From assembly GCA_964187785.1 (NCBI GenBank), contig OZ076409.1, forward strand, positions 80,478,001-80,538,000: a stretch of DNA of 60,000 nucleotides. The letters run 5' to 3'. The stretch is from Amphiscolops sp. MND2022. Its lineage: Eukaryota. Each line of letters starts with the position of its first letter. Within the stretch, counting starts at the first letter, position 1. A program made the translations under genes and the position numbers. Positions 13,010-26,298 of the stretch are shown piece by piece. The notes under the pieces are model-generated. The model worked only from the letters and a program-made list of their open reading frames with translations, had not been told where the DNA came from and searched no databases.

Positions 13010-13195
13010 TGTGGGGCATATCCCGTGCATGCACGCTCGCCCTGACCGTCGCAAAGACCAGCTAACACTACGATCTCTTCGCGATCTGTTTCCGCTAGGT
13101 CTTTGCTCCTTTTCGACCTCGCTTAGCAAGATCAGAACAAAAGCTGCCCCAAGGGGCCGCGGGGCACTAGAGGAAATGGGGCATATCCGACGGCA
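13010..13195 (+). repeat. Shared ~200-230 bp core repeat, copy 1
   Basis: TGCACGCTCGCCCT...GTTCGACCTCGCTTAGCAAGAT...CCCAAGGGGCCGCGGGGCACTAGAGGAAATGGG. Also at ~16725-16955(-), 19355-19560, 19900-20020(-), 23010-23236 and 31835-32022. Confidence 0.85.
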
Positions 13196-13219
13196 AAAAA
13201 AATTGTTTGAAAACGCTAG

Positions 13220-13375
13220 GTATTCGGCAAATTGTCCCTGCAAAATTCGGCGAATTCGAAAGGACAATTTGCCGAAAAAAAAAATCGGCAAATTGTCCTT
13301 CACGTTCGCCAAATTGGGTTTCGGCAAATTGTCTCTCAGCAAATTGTCTCCAACCTTCTACAAATTGCCGAATAC
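13220..13375. mobile_element. 156-bp MITE flanked by CTAG
   Basis: TIR GTATTCGGCAAATTGT / ACAAATTGCCGAATAC. CTAG at 13216-13219 and 13376-13379. Internal CGGCAAATTGTC repeats. Confidence 0.7.
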
Positions 13376-13589
13376 CTAGCGGCAATACAAACCTGTATTA
13401 AAAAGTACAGGTTTGTTCTACCTTACGAACTGAAATCCATTTACAACGAACTACCAGTTGTAAATACTATCAAAGACTTGGGTATCATGGTTTCTGACAA
13501 CTTATCCTGGGACAAGCACATTCAATCTAAAGTAATTGCAGCTAGGAAGTCTTTCCAGTTTTTAATACCATTATCAAATCAAAACAGTG

Positions 13590-15070
13590 GCCTGATTTCT
13601 GGAAATGTTCTACCATAAAGCCAATTCTCAAATCTGGTAACCCCGAAAATGTGGAAAATTATCGTCCAATTAGCAATTTGCCTCAACTATCTTTAATTCT
13701 TCAAAAAATTTATTTTCGTTTCATTTATCCCCAAAAACGACCCTTGATTTGTGATCAACAACATAGTTTCTTAAAAAATCGTTCAACAGTTACGCAATTA
13801 CTCCCTTATCTCGACCAATTGTATCATCAACTTGATGTGAATGGACCCAGCTTCTCAGTCTATTTTGATTTTTCCAAAGCATTTGACCTGGTCTCTCATC
13901 ACAAACTCCTACAGAAATTGGCTGCTTTCAATTTTGACACCGATTTCTTGATGCTTTTCAAATCCTATCTAAATCAAAGATCTCAAAAGGTATACGTAAA
14001 TGGGTGTCTTTCTGATTCTGCAAAAATTACAAGTGGTGTTCCTCAGGGGAGCGTGCTCGGCCCCCTTCTATTTCTTATCTTTATTAACGATCTACCCAAA
14101 CAATACAAACATCCTCGAGTTACTTGTTTGCCGATGACAGTAAACTTCACTCAGTCTTGACAACTTCTGATATGCAGCACGACATAAACGGTTTTCTTTA
14201 CTGGTCGGGCGAAAACCTAATGAGATTCAATATTGACAAATGCAACGTTATCTCTTTCAAAAATAGAGAATCAATAGGCCCGTTCTTCCTGGATGGCAAC
14301 GAACTACCAATTGTAAATACTATCAAAGACTTGGGTATCATGGTTTCTGACAACTTATGCTGGGACAAGAACATTCAATCTAAATTAATTGCAGCTAGGA
14401 AGTCTTTCCAGTTTTTGAAACGAAACCTGCCTCGAAATGTTTTGTACCCGTACAAAGCTACTTTACTATCGTCTTTGTGTACTGAGTGTCTTGCTATATG
14501 GTTCCCAAATATGGTACCCTTCATTGATTTACAGACGTAAATTGGAATTATTCAACATGAAGTGCCTGAAATGGGTTACTGGCTTATCAAACTATCTTGA
14601 ACAACTTGCTGCAACATACACACTTCCAATTTCTTTCTATTTTGTTTTGCAAGACATGCTTTTCCTTAATAAGACCATCCATGGCAAATATGACCTGAAT
14701 ATTAAAGACTTTATATGTTTTAGCCATCCTGCTAAAGATCTCAGAAGCTCCAAATTCATCCATCTTTCCCCAGTAAATCCCTGTCACAAATTCAAAACCC
14801 AGGAATCTTACTTCCAGAGAATCTGCTGCTATTCTAATTACCTATCAGCAATCAATATTTCTGTCTTGGATAACTTCAACAGCTTCAGAAGGGACCTTTC
14901 TATTTACCTTCATAATCGAGTGTCTTCCTTCGACATAAATCGTTCATGCACTTGGTTTATTAAGTGCTCTTGTAGCATCTGTCGTGCTTGAAATTTTCTA
15001 CTTTTACCCTGTAAAAGTCATTTGAACCGCCTTTTAGAACATGCCTTTTATACAAAGGGAATTGAGTCTT
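13590..15070 (+). mobile_element. 5'-truncated CR1/L2-group LINE, frameshifted RT and C-terminus
   Basis: ENYRPISNL, VYFDFSKAFD, SGVPQGSVLGPLLFLIFINDL, LFADD, KDLGI and C-terminal CTWFIKCSCSIC. Stop at 14991, then a short 3' UTR running into an (AGT)n tail. Confidence 0.9.
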
Positions 15071-15072
15071 TC

Positions 15073-15221
<149 letters not shown>

Positions 15222-15239
15222 AAATTTTTATAACGTAGT

Positions 15240-15860
15240 CAGATATGTTCACATACCCCTAGTGCCCCAATGCAGAAGCGAAGCGGAGCGACGTGCCATA
15301 TGACCATGCCTCAATTTGGTACTCGGCGAAGCCATATAACAAATTTGCTAACCTCTTCAAATCAAGTTCGGTACTCCTGACTAAATGTGGTCCCAACAAA
15401 ATGGTGTCGGGTCACAAGTCCGAAAGAATAAAATTAGGTTTTTATCGTCCAATAAGAATTCAGAAATCCAGCATAAGAAATACTTAGCACTGTATAATTC
15501 TCTGCAAGCTGATTGGCTGACGCCGGCGTACCGGAACGAAGTCCGTTAAAAGATTTTAGAAATGAATTTTTCAATTTCCACTAGTCAGTTATGTTCACAT
15601 ACTCCTAGTGCCCTAAATGCAGGAGCGAAGCGAAGCGGAGCGACGTGCCATATGGCCATGCCTCAATGTTGCTACTTGGCGAAGGGAGCGAAGCGACCAA
15701 GCCATACAATAAATACGATAAAATTCGACCGCATTCCATTCGATCGCTGCAATTCGATCGAAAGGTTCGACCTCTGTCCTGTCGACCAGAAAAATTCGAC
15801 CTATTTACAGCCACCCGTGAACTTCTACCTGTCAAGAAAAGTTGGACCAATTAAAAGACT
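15240..15860. repeat. Two copies (15240-15340, 15590-15710) of a GCGAAGC-rich repeat plus TCGA-motif arms
   Basis: ATGTTCACATAC.CCTAGTGCCC...GCGAAGCGGAGCGACGTGCCATATG is duplicated. It shares ATGTTC...CTAGTGCCC with the reverse strand of the core repeat. Confidence 0.65.
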
Positions 15861-16289
15861 TTGGCCCAAAATATGGGTTCTTTCCCAAGGCATCCAAATG
15901 TTGACTGATTTGCAAGACTGAAGAAATAAATAGATAATAAAGCTAGGAGATTTATGAAAACACCGGAATCAACATCACTCAAATCGCGCAGAAACACTTA
16001 GGAGCCTGCCAAAAAGTTGCACAGGAAAAATTGAAACCTGGACGCATCAAGTCAAAGCGTTTTCAAAATTTACGCAATCCGAGCCTCATATCAGCTACAT
16101 AGTATATCAAAGCAACAAGTCAGCAAATCAACAAATCGCAACCCAAGCTGATCGTCGAGTTGCAAAGATAAAAAGCCAGTCCCAACAAACAGAATTATTT
16201 GTAGAGGTTCTTTCATTATTGTTTCTCTATCAGATATCATGGATCTCCGTCATCAATCAAGTGCCATGTGTAGCATCATGTTGGGGGAA

Positions 16290-17340
16290 GAAGACACACA
16301 ACCGTGGTCTGCAACGAACGTAGGGAAACCCATACCAACTGTTTACCCATTTTCCAAGAAATCATGGTAACACCGTCTGGGAGTTTACCATCGGTTCGGT
16401 ACAGTCCACGCGGTTCGAGCATTGAAGGCAAGTTGAGAGATCTCAACATCTGCTTTATGAGAGAATTGAGAGTTGAAGGACGTGAGAAGCGTACGGCACT
16501 CTTGATGCAAGAAAGACCTTGTAAACCGTCCCGTTCAACTCTTTTACCACAGTGACACGTATGCGCAACACAGATGTTGGCTACGAGACGTAAACGCAAT
16601 AAGCTGAGGTCGAAATAACGGAATCGAAAAAAAATGATTGAATCCTCGCATAGAAAAGTCAAAAATAACGCTCCAGGTCGAAACAACTTGGATCGACATA
16701 TGGCTGGCAACATGAAACCTCTCGATTTGGAATTGATTTAGAGTATGAAACGTGCATCGGATATGTCACCTTTTTCTTTAGTGCCCCGCGCCCCCCCCCG
16801 GGGGGGGGGGCGCTAATGATCCCATCTTGCTAAGCGAGGTCGAACAGGAGCAAAGACTTAGCGGGAACGGGGATCGCGAAGCGATTGTAGTGAGAGCTGG
16901 TCTATGCGACGGTGAGGGCGAACATGCATATACCATACATGACCCCCACTTTTTTCAATCATTTTCGCAAAAGTTTACAAACTATCCCCCTTCAATGTCG
17001 ACCTTATTTCTTGTCGACCAATCTGACCTGAGTATTTTCGACCGAAAACTTTCGACTTGGTTATATGTCGCCTACAAATTGAAATCCGAAGCTCCTGATC
17101 ATCAAGTTTCAAGCCTAGGTTCTTGCAAAGAACTACGTTCAACCATTGAGACCCGAATTTGTCTTGATGAGCGTTAAAAGCTTTCGAATGTTTGTCATGC
17201 ACTCTAGAAATCAAATCTTGGGCGAATTTGACGTAGACAGGTTGTCTCCAATTTTTCTGGGTTCCATCGAGAGGACTTTTCTGTTTTCTCGTCCTACTCA
17301 ACCATTTCTCAAGCGCTTTTGTCAACAAAACATCTTCGAA
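16290..17340 (-). mobile_element. CRE-like non-LTR element C-terminal fragment (Zn-knuckle + REL endonuclease), split by an insertion at ~16601-17075
   Basis: GSQWLNVVLCKNLGLKLDDQELRISI | LRLVANICVAHTCHCGKRV...LEPRGLYRTDGKLPDGVTMISWKMGKQLVW. Confidence 0.8.
16601..17075 (-). mobile_element. MITE-like insertion with GTCGA-repeat arms and the shared core
   Basis: Interrupts the CRE ORF. 16725-17075 is the reverse complement of 22880-23236. Confidence 0.65.
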
Positions 17341-17942
17341 TGTTTCCGTGAAAAGTGTCGTGAAAAAGTCACTCGCACCTTAAGTTGAGGCCAATATGGC
17401 GGAAAATGCTAATATTGATGCGGATGGAACCCAAAGACCACTCATTTAAGCTGGCAGAGACAGCTGAGTACTCGAAATATCGTCAAAGTTCACGTTACAC
17501 AGTGCCTGAAGTTCTTACAGGTAGATGTACACAGCTATATAAAGAGAATATCTTCAAAAGCATCTATCTCGCTTACTGTTCCCAGATCACAGGCCACATT
17601 GCCGATTTGTAACCATTGAGTAAAAAGTTAGATGCTCGTTCATCATCGTGAGAACAACAGAGCACCGTTATGAATATTTCACTACTTTCACATACAGAAG
17701 CCTACACTTCCAATACTTGATACTTTTCAATCTTTAGTAACTCTTCATCAATGACAGTGGTTATAGGGTGGCCCAACGAGCATTGATTCAATCGATTGAG
17801 TGTAATGGCAACGAGAACGTTTGTCTCCGTTCAAAAAAGTCCACGAGTTTCAGCGTTGAAGATTAGTGGGGAAATCCCAGCGTTTGCTTTATGAGTACTC
17901 GAAAATAGAAGAAGAAAAGAAGAAGGTGATTTACTTTGGTGT

Positions 17943-17944
<2 letters not shown>

Positions 17945-17976
<32 letters not shown>
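17945..17976. repeat. (TA)n microsatellite
   Basis: Direct TA run followed by degenerate TA/TG sequence. Confidence 0.9.
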
Positions 17977-17978
<2 letters not shown>

Positions 17979-18249
17979 AATTTCACATGTTATAATATAT
18001 ATATGTACATACATGTATATATGTATATATGTTAGATGTTTATGTATATATAACAGTTATTTTTCATTGGTAATTATCCACACCGGAGAGGACCCTCCAA
18101 AGTAGGAATACTGAGACGCTGGAGGACCCTCCTAACACAGGCAGTCAGACAGAATCTATATCAGCCAGACACTCACTCTTTATTCGGTTTTGGATGGTAC
18201 CGAGACCTTTACTAAGCTCTCGACCTTCGCATATCTCGTAATCAGGAGG

Positions 18250-19190
18250 CATAAAAATTTTCTATAGAAGGTGATTCAGTAGTAACGTTCCATGATACTT
18301 TACAGACTGTCGAGGAACTTCCAACATTTCAGCAAATAGTTCAATTAATCCGCTTGCTCTATGGTTCTTAAGGTTCCGTACCATTTTAGAGATTTCCAGG
18401 GAATCATAGCTAATCATTCAGTAGTGAACCTAACAGTGGGAATTGAAGCAGCTAAAGTTTTGCTTATGGAAACGAACTTCTTTCTCATTGAACAAGTTTG
18501 ATACTGCAGAATCATCTGTGTTCAATTTGTATTCATTGTCGGCGATTATGAAGTTACAATTCTTCTTCTGTCTACCAGTTAGTCGATTCAATTCAATGAA
18601 AAAGAGTTCTGGCGAATTCAAGCGCCGGGTAGGCAATCTTTAATGTATTCTCGTTTCTTCAACCGCAGGCGTTCGCAGAGACGACTTCTCATTTTCGTGT
18701 TTTTTTTTTAGTTTTGTTAGACGGAGTGCGATATCGCTTGTATCTGTCGAACGCGAACTTTCGTTGGATTATGCTGTTCTTCACATATTTATCGAACAAA
18801 GTTTTATTTGAATTTGCACGTTTTATTTGTTTTGAAAGTAAAAACGTTGGCGACAGTTGTGAGTGCCTCAGCCAGATTTTCTGTTAACCTGTTCACATCC
18901 TGTTCTAAAGTTGACAGTTCCAGACAGACAATGCCTTAAGTAATTCAAGTACTTTTCGTCATGATACACATTTCGAACAAAGGACACTGTTGCCCTGGTT
19001 TGTCGAAAACGAATGGATTGGTTTTTTGTTATATCCAAATGGACATAAGTTGCATTATGATCTGTAGTATTGATTTTGAAGACACCAAACTCAAGATTGG
19101 TTAGGCAATCATTATGTACTATTTGATGAAGAAGTGATTTCGAGGTAGATGTAACACGCGTAAGTTCATTTTTTACCTTGATAACACCCT
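18250..19190 (-). mobile_element. Highly decayed CR1/L2-group LINE ORF2 fragment (APE C-terminus and linker)
   Basis: Minus-strand NELTRVTSTSKSLL...GVFKINTTDHNA (APE PTR...SDH equivalent) and DSAVSNLFNE. Confidence 0.5.
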
Positions 19191-19269
19191 TTCAATTTCA
19201 AAAAATATAAAAATTTAATACCAATTGCAGATGTTTCAAATTTAACAAAAATAAGCATGATGCGAGGAG

Positions 19270-19760
19270 AAGCAAGATCCAAAGAACTAAGGTCTAAAAA
19301 GCATACACCGTAACTAACGTCTAAATTAACCAAGAATAACGTCTAAGGGATAATGTGGGGTCATATATGGTGTATGCACGATCGCCCTTACCGTCTTAAA
19401 GACCAGCTCCTTCGCGATCCCCGTTCCAGCTAGATCTTTGCTGCTGCTCGACATCACCTAGCAAGATGGGAAAATAGGCGGCCTCAAGGAACCGCGGGGC
19501 ACTAGAGGAAATGGGCACATATGCAAGTCACGTTTCATACTTCAAATCAATTGCAAATCGGGAAGAACATCCAAAAAACCGAATAACGTCTAAAAAACCG
19601 GAATAACGTCTACAATTGAGACTTTAGTTACGATTGGGGAGCTGGCATTCTCAAGAATTTAGTTACGAAAAATGACATTTAGATCTTAGTTCGATATATC
19701 TTAGTTACAGAAGTGCGTTTCGATTTTATTCCGTAGATCGTAGTTTGTACCCACACCCGC
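19270..19760 (+). mobile_element. MITE-like element with AACGTCTA/TTAGTTAC arms surrounding the shared core (19355-19560)
   Basis: Core match with repeated AATAACGTCTA and TTAGTTAC motifs on either side. Exact termini unclear. Confidence 0.55.
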
Positions 19761-20199
19761 ACTTATGCTGAAAGAATCGTGTGCACGGCGGCGGATGTTT
19801 TCATCCAGCCAGTTTGCTCGAATATGCAATCTGTCACGTGAATATGCAATCTGCGGCAGATCGAATCAATGTTTTCAAATACCTAATGTTTTTAAATAAC
19901 AATGTTTTTGACACTAGGATATGTCTTCATTTCCTCCAGTGCCCCGCGGACCCTTGGGGCCGCTTACGATGCCATCTTGCTAAGCGAGGTCGAACAGAAG
20001 CGAAGACCTAGCAAACACGGAACATTCGACAATTCGATGTCTCAAAAGTTTCGATCCATTTTCGATCTCGCTTTTCGCTCACACAAAAATTCGATCTCAA
20101 AAAACCCCACCGTGTGAAATGTCTGGACATACTAACCTTAATGGCATGTGTGCGCGGTTACAAGTCATTCACGCATGAAGTCCGTTGGCTCAATTTTTT

Positions 20200-21020
20200 C
20201 CTCAAGTCATTTGGTTGAATACTTTCCCAAAAAGTAAGTATTGCACTCTATCTCAAGCAAGGGCTGGAGACAACTGAATTAAAACCAAAACCCAATTCAA
20301 TTTCAAAAGAAAGTTCGAGTATGTAATTATTTGAGATACATATTCCAGTATCCTCAATTTTAGTATCTCCAGTTTGCGGATGGGCGTTTTACGTGGAGAT
20401 AGCCGAAGAAAGCAATGAGAGTTGGATAATGTTTTTTCAGGCTTTAATGATGATATTCATACGATTCCGTTTAACTTCGTTGATTTTGACATGTATTCGA
20501 CTTTAGTACTGCAGTCTTCAGGGTCTAAGAGATTCAATGAGTCGTTGTGTTCGGGTCTGACGTCGTTGTGTAGACCACATGATAGAAATGTGCAGCAGTC
20601 TCCTCACTTTCGCAACAACGACACATCGGAGACTCTGTCTGCCAATTTTTCCAAGCGTAATCGGCTAAGGTGAAGGAATTGCCAATCGGCATTCCACTTG
20701 TTTCGATAGCTTCATACTTTTGAAGTTTGAAAAGGAGGGACCCAGTAATACAAACCTTACGAGATTTGATGCAACATTTCAAAATGAACCTGTTGTCAAC
20801 AAATTTCCACCTAAGGATCCGCAGATGGTTACTGAAAAAACTGATATCTTGCTGTTTGTGTCTCGTACAATTTTCACTTCTCAACAACTTTCCGAATCGC
20901 GCGACGTGACTCTCGAGGAAGTGTTCGGAAAAGAAAAAGATGTACTATGTGTCCAATGTAGTGAATCGTCTTCTAGTTCTTGGTTCAAGAGAAAATTGAC
21001 GTTGATGGCTGTACTCTAAA
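20200..21020 (-). mobile_element. Possible decayed Penelope-like RT fragment
   Basis: LLFKLQKYEAIETSGMPIGNS...LAD resembles the Penelope RT motif F...Y.Q..G.PMGS..LA, with TTLDT upstream. Many stops. Confidence 0.35.
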
Positions 21021-21309
21021 GATCAAAAGACGCCGACCCAGCAGAACCTGACAGAAAATGACATTCGGCCAAAATCCGTGTTCAAAGACTGTCATTATGA
21101 TGTTTTTCAGTACTGCTGTGTTCTATTTGAGGTTTTCTCACGCCATATTGGTGATGCATAGAAAAGTGATGGTAAGATGGCGGTTTTGTACATAAGAACT
21201 ATCGTTGAAACGACAAGGTTTAAGTTTCTTCTGAATAACGATTCATTTATATTCCAATTTCGCTTTGTTTTAGTAGAATGATCCCGGTAGGCGAGCTTGT
21301 TATCAATAC

Positions 21310-21780
21310 CTACTCCGAGAGTCTTTGTTTATTTTTGAACTTGACATTTATCATCATTGAGGGACGGGAGCTCGAAGTGGCTAATCGCGCCCTCAACAGA
21401 GTGATGTCGTCGTTGATATAGATTTTTTCTTCACAATCTTTCAGTTTTTTTTCGCCATCAGCCCATATCCTGTTTGTCTGCGAACGAATTTCACAATGAT
21501 ATGGTGCCCCGTCTTTTTTCAAGTTTTTGCTAGGTACCCGGTGAAATATGAGGATGTGTTTTTGAAATTTGAAGTTTAATAGCAACATAAACAACTTTTT
21601 GGTAGACATCCTCGTCTGCTTCTTTCACTCCGAATATTCTGACATTATCGTGCCTTCCATACTGCTCGTTAAAATCAGCGTTGTATAGGCTGGAATGTTC
21701 ACCAGTAATTGGGAATTGCTCGGGGTCTTGGGATTGCTTCTCACGAAGCTCCAAAACCTCAGAGGCTGCACAGAAGCCAC
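21310..21780 (-). mobile_element. CR1/L2-type LINE ORF1 fragment (RRM/L1-transposase-like)
   Basis: EQYGRHDNVRIFGVKEADEDV and KIYINDDITLLRARL in two frames. Confidence 0.65.
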
Positions 21781-21789
21781 ACAAAAAAG

Positions 21790-22160
21790 GACGATTAATG
21801 AATCATTTGGGTATTTTTTTGGAAGCCAGGTAGGGATCCACGCCACATAGCCCTCTCCGTTCTGCTTTTTTCCTGTACATTCAATCAGGTGTGACGAGCC
21901 TATGTAATCCCTCGTCTTCATCTTGACTGGATGATGTAATTCTAGTAGGAGGCATGTTTCTCTGAAACTATTTGATAAGTTTATCACAACAATTAGGCAA
22001 CAACAAGAGGAAACCTAAAACTTTCGGTGCAACTTCCGAGAACATCGACCAGGAAATACTTTTCCTTTGTACGAGCTGCAACAGACTGGAACAGCCTGCC
22101 AGAAGATCTCACGTCGGTGACGATGTTACAGAAACTGGACGGAACCCGGAACAAGTGGGA
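21790..22160 (+). mobile_element. CR1/L2-type LINE ORF2 C-terminal fragment
   Basis: QLPRTSTRKYFSFVRAATDWNSLPEDL, the characteristic WNxLP terminus. Confidence 0.6.
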
Positions 22161-22879
22161 TGAACTTACGATGAAAGGGCTACCCAAACAGCAATGGACC
22201 AATCGCCAATTGCTTCGGCCTTGATAATTGTCGAATAGCCGAACGTGTTTTTCGGCATTTTCAATCGCTTCTCAAAAGGTTCGAAAACTTGATTCGCTGG
22301 AAAAGTGATTAAAAGTACGAAACCATCTGTTTTATACTTTATCAAGAATTGCATGCTCTGGAAATTGGAAACGACAAATTCAAGATTGTGCGAATTGGAT
22401 TGTCCAAATTAATGTTTTGGGACCGTTATTGACACGGTTAGGAGGCTCTGCAGCTTGCAGCGTACTGACACCCAAACTCTTTTCACTGACAAGCTATTAT
22501 TGTAATAAGGGCACAAAATCTCTCTAAACCAAATCCTGGTCTCGGTACGCGCGGTCCTTCAATAATGTAGTTCAGAAGATTTTGTGAAACTAGTTTCTGA
22601 CTATTTGCTCTCAGTGTTTTTCTTTCATGCTGACCAGGGTTGGGTGCCATCTCCATCATGGCACATCTTCGCTTTGGCGCAAGAATAATGGCATCGATTC
22701 ATGTTTACCAATCAATTAATTATTTCCAACAATTGCATTCAATTGAATATCCAATAATTGATTGCAAACCTCTGATTGCAATGTGCGAACTCGCCAGTAA
22801 TTGAATTTTATATAACAAATATTTATCATGTCATGGACATCCTCAATATGGTACAAAGGACACAAGCTATGGTACAAAA

Positions 22880-23236
22880 TGTGGCGACATATAACCAAGT
22901 CGAAAATACTCAGGTCGACAAGGAATTAGGTCGAAATTGAAGGGATAGTTTTTCGGTCGACAATTAGGTTGAATATGTAAAATTTTGCGAAAATGATCAA
23001 AAATGAAATGGGGGGTCATATACGGTGTATGCACGCTCGCCCTCACCGTCGCATAGACCAGCTCCCACTACGATCGCTTCGCTATCTCCGTTCCCGCTAG
23101 GTCTTTGCTCCTGTTCGACCAAGATGGGCCCGCTTAGCAAGATGGGACCATAAGCGGCCCCAAAGGGCCGCAAGGCACTGGAGGAAATGGGAACATATCC
23201 GAGGCACGTTTTATACTCTAAATCAATTCCAAATCC
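22880..23236 (+). mobile_element. MITE-like element (GTCGA arm + shared core) adjoining the Gypsy insertion
   Basis: Reverse complement of 16725-17075. Confidence 0.7.
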
Positions 23237-24671
23237 ACAAAAGTGTTATTGTGGTATATCCTCAAGAAAACGTGAATATCTTTTAGCTTAAATTAAAACA
23301 CCCGACATACAATACTCTGGAACATACAACGTTTACAACATAGCCATAACAAATACACCACATTCCTCCCCCTCAGACATGATCTGCATACCGAGGAGGT
23401 GGGCGTCGTCCTCGTGTCGATCGGCGTAAATCGGTTGAACCAACGTCACCTGACGCAGTACCAGAATCTTCAGACAACGGTATTTCAGATTGATTGTTCG
23501 TCGGCGGGTGGCGTTTCGTTTGAACCAGGAATTTTCTCTGGTTCCGGAATAAGAGATAACTGGGAAGACAGCTGGTTTAGTAACCGTGTTATCGTTACTC
23601 TCGCCTTCAGGAGTTTCAACAACCAATTTTGGGGTGTCAGTAATCTTTACTTGGTCCCAATGACGAACATGAACCTTATCAGAAACCGCATCAAAAACGT
23701 TGACACAGCTCGATCCAGTTGTTGAAACGACAACTCCAGGAACGAAAACGTATTGCCTTTAAAAACGACTGAAATAACAGAGGGTCTCCTGGACGGTATA
23801 ACACATTCGGAATCTTTGGCGTATACGTGAAAATACGTTCCGTCGGTGATGCACCATCACGAATACCAGCACCACGATACTGTAACAGAAACGACTGTAC
23901 ACGACTATTAACATCTCACTTTCCCTCAGTTGCCTTCATATGCTGCTTAAACGTTCCCACAAACCGCTCGACTAACCCATTGCTCTTGGAATGTCCGACC
24001 GGTGTTGCCCAGATCTCCACCCCACGTTTGATGAAAAAGGAGCGGAACTCAGCAGAATGAAACGCTGGTCCATTGTCAGCTACAATCGGAGTAGCCCATT
24101 CGCTGCTGTCTACCTTAGCCACAAATCCCATGTCTTCAAGTCTGCCTAATTCCTTTTTACAGGTTCTAAAGCAAATGGTATCTTCCTCAGCTTGCAAAAA
24201 CGTGGCTTCGAATCTGTTCTGATATCAATTCTAGCGACTGATGTAGGAATATCGACCGCATTAACATCAATTTGAACTAACCCCATAGGAATAACAATAT
24301 CTGTGCCCAGCAAAGGCTGACCGCGATCCACACTGTAGATCTGCAAACACCAACAAAGTGGTTCTTCCGATTACACTTAGCGCACGCTTTACCATATGCT
24401 GGAAATTTCCCTTTTTCATGCTTCCTTCCACAGAAAGAACAATTCTGGAATTGCTTGGTGTCAGTTTCCCCACCTGATCGATTGAATTTCTTCCCATACT
24501 GTTTGCGCTTATCAACCAGGTTCTTTTGCGAGTCATTGCTAGCTGTTTTCATAGCCTGCTGACATGTCCGAACTTCTTCCGCAGCAGTAGCTAATGAAAT
24601 AGCCTTATCCAAAGTTAGTTTCTCCTCAAGAAGCAATTTCCTGACAACTGCTTCATCTTCGACTCCCAGTA

Positions 24672-25907
24672 CAGTAGTATTCGTCTAAATTCACTTCCTC
24701 TAATGCCAACATTCGTCTAATATTTCGCGAAAGGTGTGAAGGTGTGTCCCGACGGGAGTGCATGTATTAAGATTGTAAATTGTTTGCGTAAGGTCACATT
24801 GTCTAATATCACAATTCGTGTAATTTCACATGAATGTTTTGCTCCAATGGTCATTTTGATTTCCTCTTATTTCACATTTCTTAGAAATAACTTTCAATTT
24901 CTGAAAAATCGCTTTGAATGTTTGTATTATTTCTGCAGATTTGAATTTTGAATTCTGCTAAAAAGCAGCGTGTCGAGCTTTCCCTTGCTCAGCCTTATTA
25001 AATTGAGCAAATTGAAGAATCGCGAAAAACAGCAATCCATCGCAGAACAAAATAATGTAGACCGCTCAACAGTGGCAAAAATTGAAGAAAAAATCAGTGT
25101 CAATTAAAGAAGAATTTGAATCTGGGAAGACAAACGTTTCAATCAAACACAAAAAATCAATTCGATTTGAAGATATTTAGCCAAAATGGTTGGTTTTATC
25201 TCAATGGGCAGTTGTTCACCTGGGTTAACTGGCAATCATTTTTTTTGGAAAGGTTCGACAGATTGCAAGAGAAGAACGCTTTGATGAAGGCGAATTATCA
25301 GACCTTGACATGAATTGGATTAAGCGGATCAAAAATCGAAGGAACATTGTTCACAAAAAATTGCATGGTGATGCCTCTTCGGCTGATTTGACTGCCCTGA
25401 ACACGCTTTTATTATCGAAACAACTGCATTTGCAGAAGGAATGGGCTCAGTCACAATAGATGAATATATCAACGCTGACAGCCTTCTCGAGACCGCATTC
25501 AATTAGCGGGATTCTATAAGGGATGACTTTAATGATATGCAAAATGAAGAGGTTCAGCAAGAGACTGTCAGCGATAATGACGCAGATGAGATAAACCAAG
25601 TTCCAACAGAGTCAGATCCCATCAATGCTCTTTCGACACTTCAATCGTTTCTGCAAAACAGCGAAGGAGGCTATGATCGTTTAAAAAATTTGGAAAAAAG
25701 GAGCGACTTTGTTTTTAAATTCAAAAACCCACGGGGTTTGCAGTCAAATATAACCGATTTTCAATCCGGTTGATCATATTGCAAAATTTGTACAATGTCA
25801 CATTTTATTTTTTGAAAAATTGAAATGTGAACCTAAAGCAATTTTTCTAATGTCACATTCGTCTAATGTCACATCGTAATTTTGGTGACATTAGACGAAT
25901 ACTACTG
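24672..25907 (+). mobile_element. pogo/Tigger-like DNA transposon, internally deleted
   Basis: Perfect 17-bp TIR CAGTAGTATTCGTCTAA with TA TSD. Decayed CENP-B-type HTH remnants (QQSIAEQNNVDRSTVAKI; WIKRIKNRRNIVHKKLHGDASSAD). Splits Gypsy gag at DRFV|LGV. Confidence 0.85.
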
Positions 25908-26298
25908 TACAAACCTGTCTCTCAGCATGGTTTCTAACTGGCCACCGAAATGACACGTCTCCGCTGCCTTCCTTAACTTGGCCACAAAGGTAGTGTAATG
26001 ACTCGAGCGGTTAAGCAAAGTTGTGGAAACAATATAAGTGTTACGATCTAAACATAATTCAGTTCATACATTTCATTCTCAATGAATTCTTGAAATGCTA
26101 GTCTTAACCTTTGTATTGAAAAACGTTCTTTCAAGTTTTGTTCACATGTTATTGATTTCCCTCCATATAGCTTTCTCTCTTGTTAGAAAACAGTTTTGTT
26201 CAATACTTGAATTGATTCTTGAAACTAACATTTTTTGGTCCGCCGACCCGGACTGCAGCAAAACGAGCCAACTTGAAAAGCGAATTCAAATCAATGAA

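Noticed and set aside
26095..26298. Hydrophobic N-terminus of the 302-aa ORF (also ORF 32744-33031) as a signal or TM segment
   Set aside because: It is translated LTR and PBS sequence; gag probably starts at ATG 26299.
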